Assembly: GCA_028713575.1 (NCBI GenBank)
Contig: JAQTOB010000002.1
Location: 60,001 to 92,000 of the forward strand
Origin: Patescibacteria group bacterium
Lineage (GTDB): Bacteria; Patescibacteriota; Patescibacteriia; UBA2591; UBA6264
Reading direction: 5' to 3'
Length of the DNA stretch: 32,000 bases
In this document: in pieces, positions 15,696 to 23,726 of the stretch
Layout: each line of letters starts with the position of its first letter
How positions within the stretch are numbered: the first letter of the stretch is position 1
Notes under the pieces: generated by a model
What the model saw: the letters and a program-made list of their open reading frames with translations, nothing else
Told to the model about the DNA's origin: nothing
Databases searched by the model: none
Position numbers and translations under genes: made by a program

Positions 15696-17195
15696 ATGAA
15701 ATTGAAATCAGTCCTTGGTTTAAATATTTCTGACCAAAAAATAGAAATTTTATCCTTGTCTTCTTGGTCAAAAATTAAAAATTTTGGCGAAATTATTTTA
15801 GAACAGGATATTGTCAAGGGTGGCTTTATTTTAAATAAAGAAAAATTAATCAAAAAACTTGAAGAGCTTATTAGTAAAACGAAAATTGAATCAAAGCAAG
15901 CAATCGTCTCCTTGCCGGATTCAAAAATTTTCGTTCATGTTTTTCAAGTGGAAAAAAATTTAAAAGGAAAAAAATTAAGAGAAAAAATTATTACTGAAGC
16001 AACAAAAATATTTTCTTTAAAACCAGAAAATGTTTATTGGAGTTATCAAATAACTTCTATTGATTCAAAAATGAAAGAAGTTCTTTACACAGCGGTTTTT
16101 AAAAATATAATTGATGATTATTTAGAAGTTTTATCAGAAATAAAACTTAAGCCCGTTGTTTTTGAACCGGAATCATTGGCCTTGGGCAGAATTTTGTTAG
16201 AAGATTCACAAAACGCTGTCATTATTAATTTAACGGAAAGAACAACAAATATCAGTATTTTTTATCAACAAAAATTAAAACGGTCCTTAACTAAATTAAC
16301 AGGTGAAAATAATTTTATCCAAGATATCAGCGATGAATTAAAAATATCTTCTTCTGAAGCGAAAGACCTTGAAAAAATTGGCTGGAAAGAAAAACAAATA
16401 GCAGTTATTTTAGAAAAAGGATTAGAGGAATTAATTAGAGAAATAAAAAATATTTTAGATTATAATTTTGATTTAATTGAGGAAATAATTTTAACCGGCC
16501 GTTTTTCTTCAATTTTTGGCCTTGATTCTTATTTATCGTCTGTTTTTAAAAAAAATGTTGTTTTTAAAAATTCAATAAATAAAAAATTGAAATTGGAAAA
16601 TGATTCTTCTTATCATGTTGTTATTGGTCTGGCTACAAGGGGTTTAAATAAAAAAACAAACAAAGAAATAAATTTACTGCCTGATAAAATTAAAATAAAA
16701 AATTTGATTAATAAACCAAAAAGAAACAAAATTCAAGTTCTAAGATATGCTTTTCTTTTTTTGTTTTTAATTTTTGGCGCCGGTCTGATTATAAATTATG
16801 TCATTTCTCTAAAACAAACACCAAAAAACACAGAAAAAATTATCCCCTTAGAAAAACAATTGACTTTAAATGAAGCCGAGACAGAAAAAGAAATTGCCGG
16901 AGAAACAGAAGAAATTGCCGGAGAAACAGAAGAAATAAAAGAACCAAAAGAAAATGAAATCAAGAAAGAAAAAATAGATGAGACAGACGAACCGATTATT
17001 TCTCAAATATCAGTTAAAGAAGACGTTGATGTTTTAAACGTTAGAAGCGGACCGGGGACAAATTATGCCATTGTAACAAAAATTCACGCCGAAGAAATTT
17101 ATTCACTTTTAGAAGAAAACGAAAATTGGTGTAAAATAAAAATAAATGACCAAGCGGAAGGGTGGGTTTTCGCTGATTATATTATTAAAAAATAA
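15696..17195 (+). CDS. type IV pilus assembly PilM-like actin-fold protein fused to a PilN-type N-terminus/TM and a C-terminal bacterial SH3 domain
   Basis: PilM-like blocks (VLGLNISDQKIEILSL, VVFEPESLALGRILL, VIINLTERTTNISIF, HVVIGLATRGL). INLLP motif at 16668-16682 followed by TM VLRYAFLFLFLIFGAGLIINYVI. SH3b pattern VLNVRSGPGTNYAIVTKI...NWCKIKINDQAEGWVFADYI. ATG at 15696 is preferred over the upstream extension in the ORF track. Confidence 0.75.
   Translation: MKLKSVLGLNISDQKIEILSLSSWSKIKNFGEIILEQDIVKGGFILNKEKLIKKLEELISKTKIESKQAIVSLPDSKIFVHVFQVEKNLKGKKLREKIITEATKIFSLKPENVYWSYQITSIDSKMKEVLYTAVFKNIIDDYLEVLSEIKLKPVVFEPESLALGRILLEDSQNAVIINLTERTTNISIFYQQKLKRSLTKLTGENNFIQDISDELKISSSEAKDLEKIGWKEKQIAVILEKGLEELIREIKNILDYNFDLIEEIILTGRFSSIFGLDSYLSSVFKKNVVFKNSINKKLKLENDSSYHVVIGLATRGLNKKTNKEINLLPDKIKIKNLINKPKRNKIQVLRYAFLFLFLIFGAGLIINYVISLKQTPKNTEKIIPLEKQLTLNEAETEKEIAGETEEIAGETEEIKEPKENEIKKEKIDETDEPIISQISVKEDVDVLNVRSGPGTNYAIVTKIHAEEIYSLLEENENWCKIKINDQAEGWVFADYIIKK
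16890..16936 (+). repeat. in-frame 21-nt tandem repeat (about 2.2 copies; EIAGETE x2)
   Basis: gaaattgccggagaaacagaa occurs at 16890-16910 and 16911-16931, with a partial third copy. Confidence 0.9.
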
Positions 17196-17199
17196 ATAT

Positions 17200-17652
17200 A
17201 TGAAATTAAAATCATTTACTTTTATTCAAGTTTTAATCGGCTTGGGGATAGTTGCCATTTTTGCCGCCATTATCATAGTGATTATCAGTCCGGCTCAACA
17301 ATTTTCCCGCATCAGAGATTCTCAACGCTGGAGCGATATTAATCTTATTTTAAACGCCATTAATCAGCGAATTGTTGACAATAAAGGAAGCTTTAATGAA
17401 GGGGGAGTCTGTGACTCTTTGCCGACTATAGAAAAATTAATTACCAGCATTGATAATGAAAATAATATTGACCTCTGTGCTTGCTTAGTGCCCGACTATT
17501 TATCCCTTATGCCATACGATCCATTAATAAATGACGGTTATACGGATTGCCATAATTATAACAGCGGTTATACGATTTTTAAAAATGAAATTGGTAAGAT
17601 TACGATTGCGTCTCCTAGTGCGGAATTGAATATCATTAGTATTACGCGTTAA
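17200..17652 (+). CDS. type IV pilin / pseudopilin-like protein with a non-canonical prepilin signal
   Basis: MKLKS-FTFIQVLIGLGIVAIFAAIIIVII followed by AQQFSRIRDSQRWSDINLILNAINQ, which matches the pilin N-terminal helix pattern (ARDxxRxxDL..I..A). Cys-rich C-terminal globular part. ATG at 17200, 4 nt after the PilM-like stop. Confidence 0.65.
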   Translation: MKLKSFTFIQVLIGLGIVAIFAAIIIVIISPAQQFSRIRDSQRWSDINLILNAINQRIVDNKGSFNEGGVCDSLPTIEKLITSIDNENNIDLCACLVPDYLSLMPYDPLINDGYTDCHNYNSGYTIFKNEIGKITIASPSAELNIISITR

Positions 17653-17670
17653 AAAAGTTATTATTTTATC

Positions 17671-18306
17671 ATGAATATTAAGCCGGGAATTTTCGCCTTT
17701 TATAAGCCCAAAAAAATTTCTTCTTTTAAATTTTTGGAAAAAATAAAAAAAAATTCCAGTATTAAAAAAATTGGACATGCCGGCACTTTAGATCCTTTAG
17801 CTTGCGGTGTTTTAGTGGTTGGTTTGGGTGGAGAAAATTGTAAAAAATTGAATGAAATAGTTAAAAAAGAAAAAGAATATATTGCAATTATAAAATTGGG
17901 AATGAACAGCGTTACAGATGACGAAGAAGGAGAAAAAACAAAAATTTCGCTAAGCCAAAAGCCCGATTTGGAAAAAATTAAAAATACTTTAAACAAATTT
18001 AAAGGAGAAATAAAGCAAAAACCTCCTATTTTTAGCGCCATTAAAATCAAGGGTTTACCTGCTTATAAATTGGCACGACAAGGAAAAAAAGTTAAAATAA
18101 GGGCCAGAACAGTTGAATTAAAAGATTTTAAAATCTTAAAATATCATTGGCCCTATTTAAAAATAAAAATTATTACTGGTTCCGGATTTTATGTCCGTTC
18201 TTTGGCAAAAGATTTGGGCAGAAAATTAAAAACGGGCGCTTATTTAAAAGACTTAGAGAGAATTAGGGTAGGGGATTTTTCAAAAAATAAATGCTTGAAG
18301 ATATAA
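17671..18306 (+). CDS. truB: tRNA pseudouridine(55) synthase TruB (short form, no PUA domain)
   Basis: Catalytic motif GHAGTLDPLACGVLVVGLG, then PPIFSAIKIKGLPAYKLARQG and GFYVRSLAKDLG. Confidence 0.9.
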   Translation: MNIKPGIFAFYKPKKISSFKFLEKIKKNSSIKKIGHAGTLDPLACGVLVVGLGGENCKKLNEIVKKEKEYIAIIKLGMNSVTDDEEGEKTKISLSQKPDLEKIKNTLNKFKGEIKQKPPIFSAIKIKGLPAYKLARQGKKVKIRARTVELKDFKILKYHWPYLKIKIITGSGFYVRSLAKDLGRKLKTGAYLKDLERIRVGDFSKNKCLKI

Positions 18307-18474
18307 CGCTTTCAATCATTATTCCTCTCCATAATGAAGGAAGGTTATAAAAGCAAAGCAAAAATTAATAAAAACTTTTCAAAAATTGATATTTTAGGTA
18401 CAATATCTTCATATAAACTAAACAATAAAATAGTAAAATCAGTTAATCGCTGTTTTTATTTTAACCATTGAGAC

Positions 18475-19719
18475 ATGTTTTCTAAAGGAAAAAAAGAAAT
18501 TAAAATCAGAAAGATTCTATCTCTTCTTATTATTTCATTAATTATTATTTTTGTCCCCGTTCTAATCAGTGGTTTATATAATAAAAAAGAGGCGAATGTT
18601 AACGAAATCTCGTTGATAAAGGAAGATTTTTTTTCTTATCATCTTAATGAACATATTATTAATTCCGGAGAGGTTTTTGTTAAATTAAACACGGCCTTAA
18701 ATTTAAATAGTCAACAATTGCAAGAATTATTAGAAATTTCAAAAAATGTTTATAATCTGTCGCAAATCAAGGTCGGCAACGGCATTAAGGCGTTTTTTGA
18801 CCCCAATAATAATGAATTTCAAAAACTGGAATATGAAATTGATAAAGATAATATTTTAGTGATTGAAAAACAAGAAAACGGCCAATTAAAAGCTGAAAAA
18901 AGAACAATTGAATATGAAGTTAAGTTGGATAAAATAGACGGCAAAGTAGAAAACAGTCTTTATCAAGCTGGCCAAAAAGCGGGATTAAAAGATAAAACCA
19001 TTATGGAGATGGCCGATATTTTCGCCTGGGACATTGATTTTGGCATAGAAGTGAGAGAAGGTGATGAATTTGAAGTTTTATATGAAAAAAAGTTTTTTGA
19101 CGGAAAAGAGGTTTATGTGGGCAAAATTTTAATGGCTAAATATAAAAATAATAACAAGGATTATTGGGCCATTTATTACAAGGATGCGGAAAACAGAGAA
19201 GATTATTATGATTTAGAGGGCAATTGTTTAAGAAAACAATTTTTAAGGGCGCCGGTTAATTATAAATACATCAGTTCTGGTTACAGTTTAAGCCGTTTTC
19301 ACCCGGTTTGGGGCGTTTACACCACTCATCAGGCAATTGATTATGCCGCGCCTTGTGGCACGCCAGTATCCGCCTCCGGGGCAGGAACAGTTATTTTTGT
19401 GGGATGGAAAAACAATGTCTATGGACGAACAATTGAAATTCGTCATAACGGCGTTTATACCACTCGTTATGCTCATCTTTCCGGTTATGCCAAGGGAATC
19501 AAATATGGGACAAAAGTGGTTCAAGGACAAATTATTGGTTTTGTCGGCACTTCAGGAACTTCTACGGGCTGCCATTTAGATTACGCCATGAAAAAATACA
19601 ACAGTTTTGTCAACCCATTAACGCAAAATTTTGAACGCTCCGAACCTATTAAGGAAATCCATAGAGAAAATTTTAATATTTATAAAGAGGCCTTATTAAG
19701 ATTATTTAATTCCGGATAA
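18475..19719 (+). CDS. M23 family peptidoglycan metallopeptidase, membrane-anchored, with an HxD variant of the HxH motif
   Basis: N-terminal TM. HQAIDYAAPCGTPVSASGAGTVIFVGW (HxxxD), YAHLSGYA, GQIIGFVGTSGTSTGCHLDYAM...VNP. Confidence 0.88.
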   Translation: MFSKGKKEIKIRKILSLLIISLIIIFVPVLISGLYNKKEANVNEISLIKEDFFSYHLNEHIINSGEVFVKLNTALNLNSQQLQELLEISKNVYNLSQIKVGNGIKAFFDPNNNEFQKLEYEIDKDNILVIEKQENGQLKAEKRTIEYEVKLDKIDGKVENSLYQAGQKAGLKDKTIMEMADIFAWDIDFGIEVREGDEFEVLYEKKFFDGKEVYVGKILMAKYKNNNKDYWAIYYKDAENREDYYDLEGNCLRKQFLRAPVNYKYISSGYSLSRFHPVWGVYTTHQAIDYAAPCGTPVSASGAGTVIFVGWKNNVYGRTIEIRHNGVYTTRYAHLSGYAKGIKYGTKVVQGQIIGFVGTSGTSTGCHLDYAMKKYNSFVNPLTQNFERSEPIKEIHRENFNIYKEALLRLFNSG

Positions 19720-19725
19720 AAACTA

Positions 19726-19753
19726 TTGCTAAATAAAAAAATAAATGTATAAT
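19726..19753 (+). promoter_or_regulatory. sigma-70-type promoter
   Basis: TTGCTA (19726-19731), 16-nt spacer, TATAAT (19748-19753). Located 30 nt upstream of the zinc-ribbon sORF. Confidence 0.55.
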
Positions 19754-19760
19754 AATATTA

Positions 19761-19781
19761 TTAATTAATAATAATTTAATA
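19761..19781 (+). repeat. copy 2 of the 21-nt leader block (TTAATTAATAATAATTTAATA) ending 2 nt before an ATG
   Basis: Identical to 612-632. Begins about 7 nt after the TATAAT at 19748-19753, so it is predicted to be the 5' end of the mRNA. Confidence 0.8.
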
Positions 19782-19783
19782 CT

Positions 19784-19939
19784 ATGGAAGCTTATTGTGT
19801 TAAATGTAAAGCCAAAAGGGAAATGAAAGACGCCAAAGAAGTCTCAATGAAAGGGAAGGGCGATGTTAAACGCAGAGCCATGACTGGCACTTGTCCCGTG
19901 TGCGGAACAAAAATGTTCCGAATTTTAGGCAAAGCCTAA
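19784..19939 (+). CDS. unannotated 51-aa zinc-ribbon protein (DUF5679-like): MEAYCVKCKAKREMKDAKEVSMKGKGDVKRRAMTGTCPVCGTKMFRILGKA
   Basis: ATG to TAA ORF below the ORF-track cutoff. Two CxxC pairs (CVKC, CPVC). Has its own promoter and a downstream hairpin. Confidence 0.7.
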   Translation: MEAYCVKCKAKREMKDAKEVSMKGKGDVKRRAMTGTCPVCGTKMFRILGKA

Positions 19940-19947
19940 ACTAATTA

Positions 19948-19971
19948 AACGATTTTTATCGTTATTTTTTT
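19948..19971 (+). terminator. weak candidate intrinsic terminator
   Basis: AACGAT / ATCGTT 6-bp stem (19948-19953 / 19958-19963) with a TTTT loop, followed by ATTTTTTT. Confidence 0.3.
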
Positions 19972-20009
19972 ATTACTTTTTAATTAAAAGGTAATGTTTT
20001 TGTTGTTTT

Positions 20010-21011
20010 ATGATTATTGGTAATCAATGGCCTAAAAAAAGCGTTGGTCGAAAAATGATTTTTAAAGTACCCATAATTAGGTCCGGGCAAACATTAGAAC
20101 AAGCCCGAGACATTCTTTTTTCCCAAAAAGATATAGAAACCATAAATTATTTTTATGTCGTTGATGAAGAAAAAAAATTATTGGGAATTTTTTCTATTAA
20201 AGAAATTTATCATTTGCCAAAAGAAACAAAAGTTGAAAAAATAATGGAAAAGGCGGTAATAAAAATCAATCCGGAAACAGATCAAGAACAAGCCGCTTAT
20301 TTAGCCATAAAAAATAATATTAAATCAGTACCCATTATTGATAAAAACAACGTTCTTTTGGGTATTTTGCCCAGTGATCAAATACTTAAAATTATTTATA
20401 AAGAAACACAAAAAGACATTTTGCAATTAGGAGGAATTTCTCGCGCAGAAATTAATTTAGAAGAAGATTTTTCATTATCAAAAATATCTTTTTTAAAATC
20501 AGTTTTAAAATCATTTACACATCGTATTCCCTGGCTTTTGCTTGGATTAATTGGCGGATTATTAATCGCTAAAATCATCGGATTCTTCACAACTTCATTA
20601 GAAAAGAATATTCTTTTAGCCGCTTTTATTCCATTAATTGTTTATATCAGCGGAGCGGCGGGCACACAAATACAAACTTTAATTATCAGGGAATTGGCTT
20701 TATCGCCAAAATTATTATTTAAAAAATATTTTTTAAAACAATTAGTAACAACAGTTTTAGTCGCCATAGTGTGCGGATTTTTGCTTTCCCTGATCACTTT
20801 TGTGATATATCAAAAAATTTCTTTAGGAATTATTTTGGGAATTTCAATATTTTTTGCCATTTCTTCCGCTATTTTTAGCGGTCTAATTATTCCTTACATA
20901 TTTAATAAAATAAAAATTGACCCGGCCATTGCCAGCGGACCCTTAGGAACAATAATTCAAGATACCTTAAGCGTGGTTATTTATTTCAGTGTGGCCAATT
21001 TTTTATTGTAA
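20010..21011 (+). CDS. mgtE: magnesium transporter MgtE (CBS pair plus 5-TM domain; lacks the usual N-terminal domain)
   Basis: CBS-type repeats ([19 protein letters not shown]; [21 protein letters not shown]). TM-domain motifs [51 protein letters not shown]. Confidence 0.88.
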   Translation: MIIGNQWPKKSVGRKMIFKVPIIRSGQTLEQARDILFSQKDIETINYFYVVDEEKKLLGIFSIKEIYHLPKETKVEKIMEKAVIKINPETDQEQAAYLAIKNNIKSVPIIDKNNVLLGILPSDQILKIIYKETQKDILQLGGISRAEINLEEDFSLSKISFLKSVLKSFTHRIPWLLLGLIGGLLIAKIIGFFTTSLEKNILLAAFIPLIVYISGAAGTQIQTLIIRELALSPKLLFKKYFLKQLVTTVLVAIVCGFLLSLITFVIYQKISLGIILGISIFFAISSAIFSGLIIPYIFNKIKIDPAIASGPLGTIIQDTLSVVIYFSVANFLL

Positions 21012-21016
21012 ATAAT

Positions 21017-22075
21017 ATGAAAAAGAAAACCATTGGCGTTCTTTTTGGCGGTCGTTCATTTGAACATGAAGTTTCTTTAGTTTCAGCTCGCTCAGTGATT
21101 AGGGCTTTGGATAAAAACAAATATAAGATTGTTTTAATCGGCGTTGATAAAAAGGGCCACTGGTTAAAAGGACAAATGGCAAAAAAATTGTTAAAAGGAG
21201 AAGCAACAAATAAGGGAGAATTTGTTCCCGGTTTTCTTTCTTCAATTGATATTTTTTTTCCTGTATTACACGGACCGTTCGGCGAAGATGGTTCAATTCA
21301 GGGTTTTTTAGAGACCATAAACAAGCCCTATGTCGGCGCCGGCATTCTTGGTTCTGCTCTGGGGATTGATAAAATCATGCAAAAAATTATTTGGCAAAAA
21401 TATAAATTGCCAATTGTTGATTTTATTTGGTTTTTTAAAAACGAGTGGCAAAAAAATCAAATATTATTAATTAAAAAAATCAAAGAAAAAATAAAATTTC
21501 CCTGTTTTGTTAAGCCGGCAAATGCCGGTTCAAGCGTGGGAATTTCCAAAGCGCATAATCAAAAAAATTTGATTAAAGCAATAAATTTAGCCGGCAAATA
21601 TGACCAAAAAATTTTAATTGAAAAAGCAGTGAAAAAAGTAAGGGAAATTGAAATAAGTATTTTAGGCAATGAATTTCCAATCGCTTCTTGCCCCGGAGAA
21701 ATAATTCCCAGTAATGAATTTTACGATTATGAAGCAAAATATATTAACGGAAAATCAAAAATCATTATTCCGGCTAAAATAAACAAAGAAATAAAAGAAA
21801 AAATAAAAAAAATAGCGATTTTAGCTTATAAAACAATTGATTGTCGGGGCTTGGGACGCGTAGATTTTCTTTTAGATAAAAAAAGAATTTATTTGAATGA
21901 AATTAATACTATCCCGGGATTTACCTCCATTAGCATGTATCCTAAATTATGGAACGTTTCCGGACTGTCTTATTCAAGTCTTTTAGATAAATTAATTGAT
22001 TTGGGATTTAAATATTTTAAAGAAAAACAAAAGATTTATTATTCTTATCAACCTAAACATCAATGGCATGTCTGA
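21017..22075 (+). CDS. ddl: D-alanine--D-alanine ligase
   Basis: [44 protein letters not shown]-grasp [24 protein letters not shown]...[22 protein letters not shown]. Confidence 0.95.
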   Translation: MKKKTIGVLFGGRSFEHEVSLVSARSVIRALDKNKYKIVLIGVDKKGHWLKGQMAKKLLKGEATNKGEFVPGFLSSIDIFFPVLHGPFGEDGSIQGFLETINKPYVGAGILGSALGIDKIMQKIIWQKYKLPIVDFIWFFKNEWQKNQILLIKKIKEKIKFPCFVKPANAGSSVGISKAHNQKNLIKAINLAGKYDQKILIEKAVKKVREIEISILGNEFPIASCPGEIIPSNEFYDYEAKYINGKSKIIIPAKINKEIKEKIKKIAILAYKTIDCRGLGRVDFLLDKKRIYLNEINTIPGFTSISMYPKLWNVSGLSYSSLLDKLIDLGFKYFKEKQKIYYSYQPKHQWHV

Positions 22076-22985
22076 CAAATACAGAAAAACCTTTAATCAT
22101 CATTCTTCTCATTTCCATAAAAAAAATGAGGGGAGATTAAGACAATCAAGACAATATATTTTAAAGAAAAAAAAATCAAAGATTAAATTTTTTCTTTTGG
22201 CTTTTTTGATAACTTTATTTTTTTTATCAATTGTTTATTTCTTTTTTCTTTCCAAATTTTTTAGAATTAAAAATATTGAAATCAATAGAACAGAAGATAA
22301 TCATTTAATTTCCAACGAAGAAATAAAGCAAATTGTTTGTTCTATTGCTTTAATTGCCGAAACATCTTCTGAAGATAGGGGATTCTTAAAATTTCAAGAT
22401 AATATTTTTCTTTTTAAAAAGAAATTTTTGGAAGAAATGTTAGAAAGAGATTCAAGAATTAAAAGTTTTGTTATAAAAAAAGACTTAAAAAATACTTTAT
22501 TAATTGAGATTGCGGAAGCAAGGCCAATCGCTTTATTAATCAGTTCTATTAATAATAAAAAATACTATTTAAATCCAGAGGGTAAAATAATTTATGTTAA
22601 TTCTTCTGATTTTACGACGCCAGAAGAACAAAATTTACCAATTTTTTATGACCAAACAGACATTAATTATGACGAAAAAGACATTAATGCAGATAATCAA
22701 GAATATATAGGGCTTTTTAGGGCTATTTTGGGCCTTATAGGCGGTTTAAGCGAGCAAAATGGCATTATGACCAAAACAGTTAAAATCTTGGAAAAAACAG
22801 GCATTTTTGAGGTAGAAATAACCACTAATGAAGAATGGAGGATTCTAATAAACTCTGAAGTTGATTTTGACAGACAAAAGGAAAGCTTAAGCCTTATTCT
22901 TCAAAATGAAATAAATGATCGTTATAATTTAGAACAAATTGATTTAAGATTTGATGAGAATATTTTTTATACATTAAAAAAATAA
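22068..22985 (+). CDS. ftsQ: cell division protein FtsQ/DivIB-like (TM plus POTRA)
   Basis: Basic N-terminus, TM (FFLLAFLITLFFLSIVYFFFL), then a POTRA-like FRIKNIEINRTEDNHLISNEEIKQIV. Classic ddl-ftsQ synteny. The ATG at 22068 overlaps the ddl end by 8 nt. The longer ORF-track extension (21996) lies inside ddl. Confidence 0.7.
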   Translation: MSDKYRKTFNHHSSHFHKKNEGRLRQSRQYILKKKKSKIKFFLLAFLITLFFLSIVYFFFLSKFFRIKNIEINRTEDNHLISNEEIKQIVCSIALIAETSSEDRGFLKFQDNIFLFKKKFLEEMLERDSRIKSFVIKKDLKNTLLIEIAEARPIALLISSINNKKYYLNPEGKIIYVNSSDFTTPEEQNLPIFYDQTDINYDEKDINADNQEYIGLFRAILGLIGGLSEQNGIMTKTVKILEKTGIFEVEITTNEEWRILINSEVDFDRQKESLSLILQNEINDRYNLEQIDLRFDENIFYTLKK

Positions 22986-23006
22986 TATAATCAAATAATA
23001 ATATAG

Positions 23007-23029
23007 AAAAAGGGTTTATGGCCCTTTTT
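23007..23029. terminator. bidirectional intrinsic terminator between convergent operons
   Basis: AAAAAGGG (23007-23014) / CCCTTTTT (23022-23029) with a 7-nt loop. A-run and T-run flanks allow function on both strands. Confidence 0.6.
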
Positions 23030-23111
23030 CTTGTTTATATAAATATGTGGCGTAAAAGGGATATTGTGCGAACCATAATAAGCTTTATTTCCCCTTGGGC
23101 GGCCCTTAATA

Positions 23112-23357
23112 TTAAGGATTGACAATGTCTTGAAAACGCATATCTTCTGTCTTTTCTTTACTCATTTTTTGAATATCTTCTATAAAAAATCCTTGATTTT
23201 GCTTTTGTGATATCTCTGACCAAACATCCAAATATTGTTTTATAAATACAACAGCTACGGCAAAAAAAATCAACAAAAATATGATTAAGGAAAAAAAGGA
23301 AACCGTTGGATTAATTTCTTTTTGCCACCATTTTTTATCCTTAATTTCCATAATCAA
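23112..23357 (-). CDS. hypothetical single-TM membrane protein (81 aa)
   Basis: ORF with one clear TM (VSFFSLIIFLLIFFAVAVVFI). Last gene of the minus-strand operon. Confidence 0.5.
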   Translation of the reverse strand: MIMEIKDKKWWQKEINPTVSFFSLIIFLLIFFAVAVVFIKQYLDVWSEISQKQNQGFFIEDIQKMSKEKTEDMRFQDIVNP

Positions 23358-23374
23358 TTAATAATTAATCAATT

Positions 23375-23668
23375 TTATTTATTGCCATGATTATTTTCTT
23401 CTTTTTGCGGCAAGGGAGGGACGGCAAAAGTACCCGCTAAAATAAAAATTAAACCAAAAACAATCATTCCTCCGGATATGTATAACTCTTTAATGATTAA
23501 GGCATGAGGGGAAAGAATAAATTCCTCTGGCGCTTCCTGTGGAATAGTAAAATAATTATAAAGACTGATCGCAAGAATGGTAATGCCGACAATCGTTAAT
23601 AAGGCCCCCAGCCAAGTTAATTGACTCTTTACTCCTCCTTCTTTTAAATAAATTTTAAATGATTTCAT
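23375..23668 (-). CDS. hypothetical two-TM membrane protein (97 aa)
   Basis: Two hydrophobic helices (LTWLGALLTIVGITILAISL; GGMIVFGLIFILAGTFAV). Confidence 0.5.
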   Translation of the reverse strand: MKSFKIYLKEGGVKSQLTWLGALLTIVGITILAISLYNYFTIPQEAPEEFILSPHALIIKELYISGGMIVFGLIFILAGTFAVPPLPQKEENNHGNK

Positions 23669-23726
23669 TTTATTTTATTTTAAAGCTATTAATTAAGTAT
23701 TTAAATTATAATGGAATATATTTAAA

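Noticed and set aside
19337-19579. 80-aa plus-strand ORF in an alternative frame inside the M23 peptidase gene.
   Set aside because: The M23 catalytic motifs are read in the other frame over exactly this region. The alternative-frame product has no features.
23104-23117. Perfect 14-nt palindrome CCTTAATATTAAGG at the 3' end of the 81-aa membrane protein gene.
   Set aside because: It has no loop, so it cannot form a stable hairpin. It overlaps the stop codon, occurs once, and is AT-rich. No evidence makes it a binding site, and the real terminator lies at 23007-23029.
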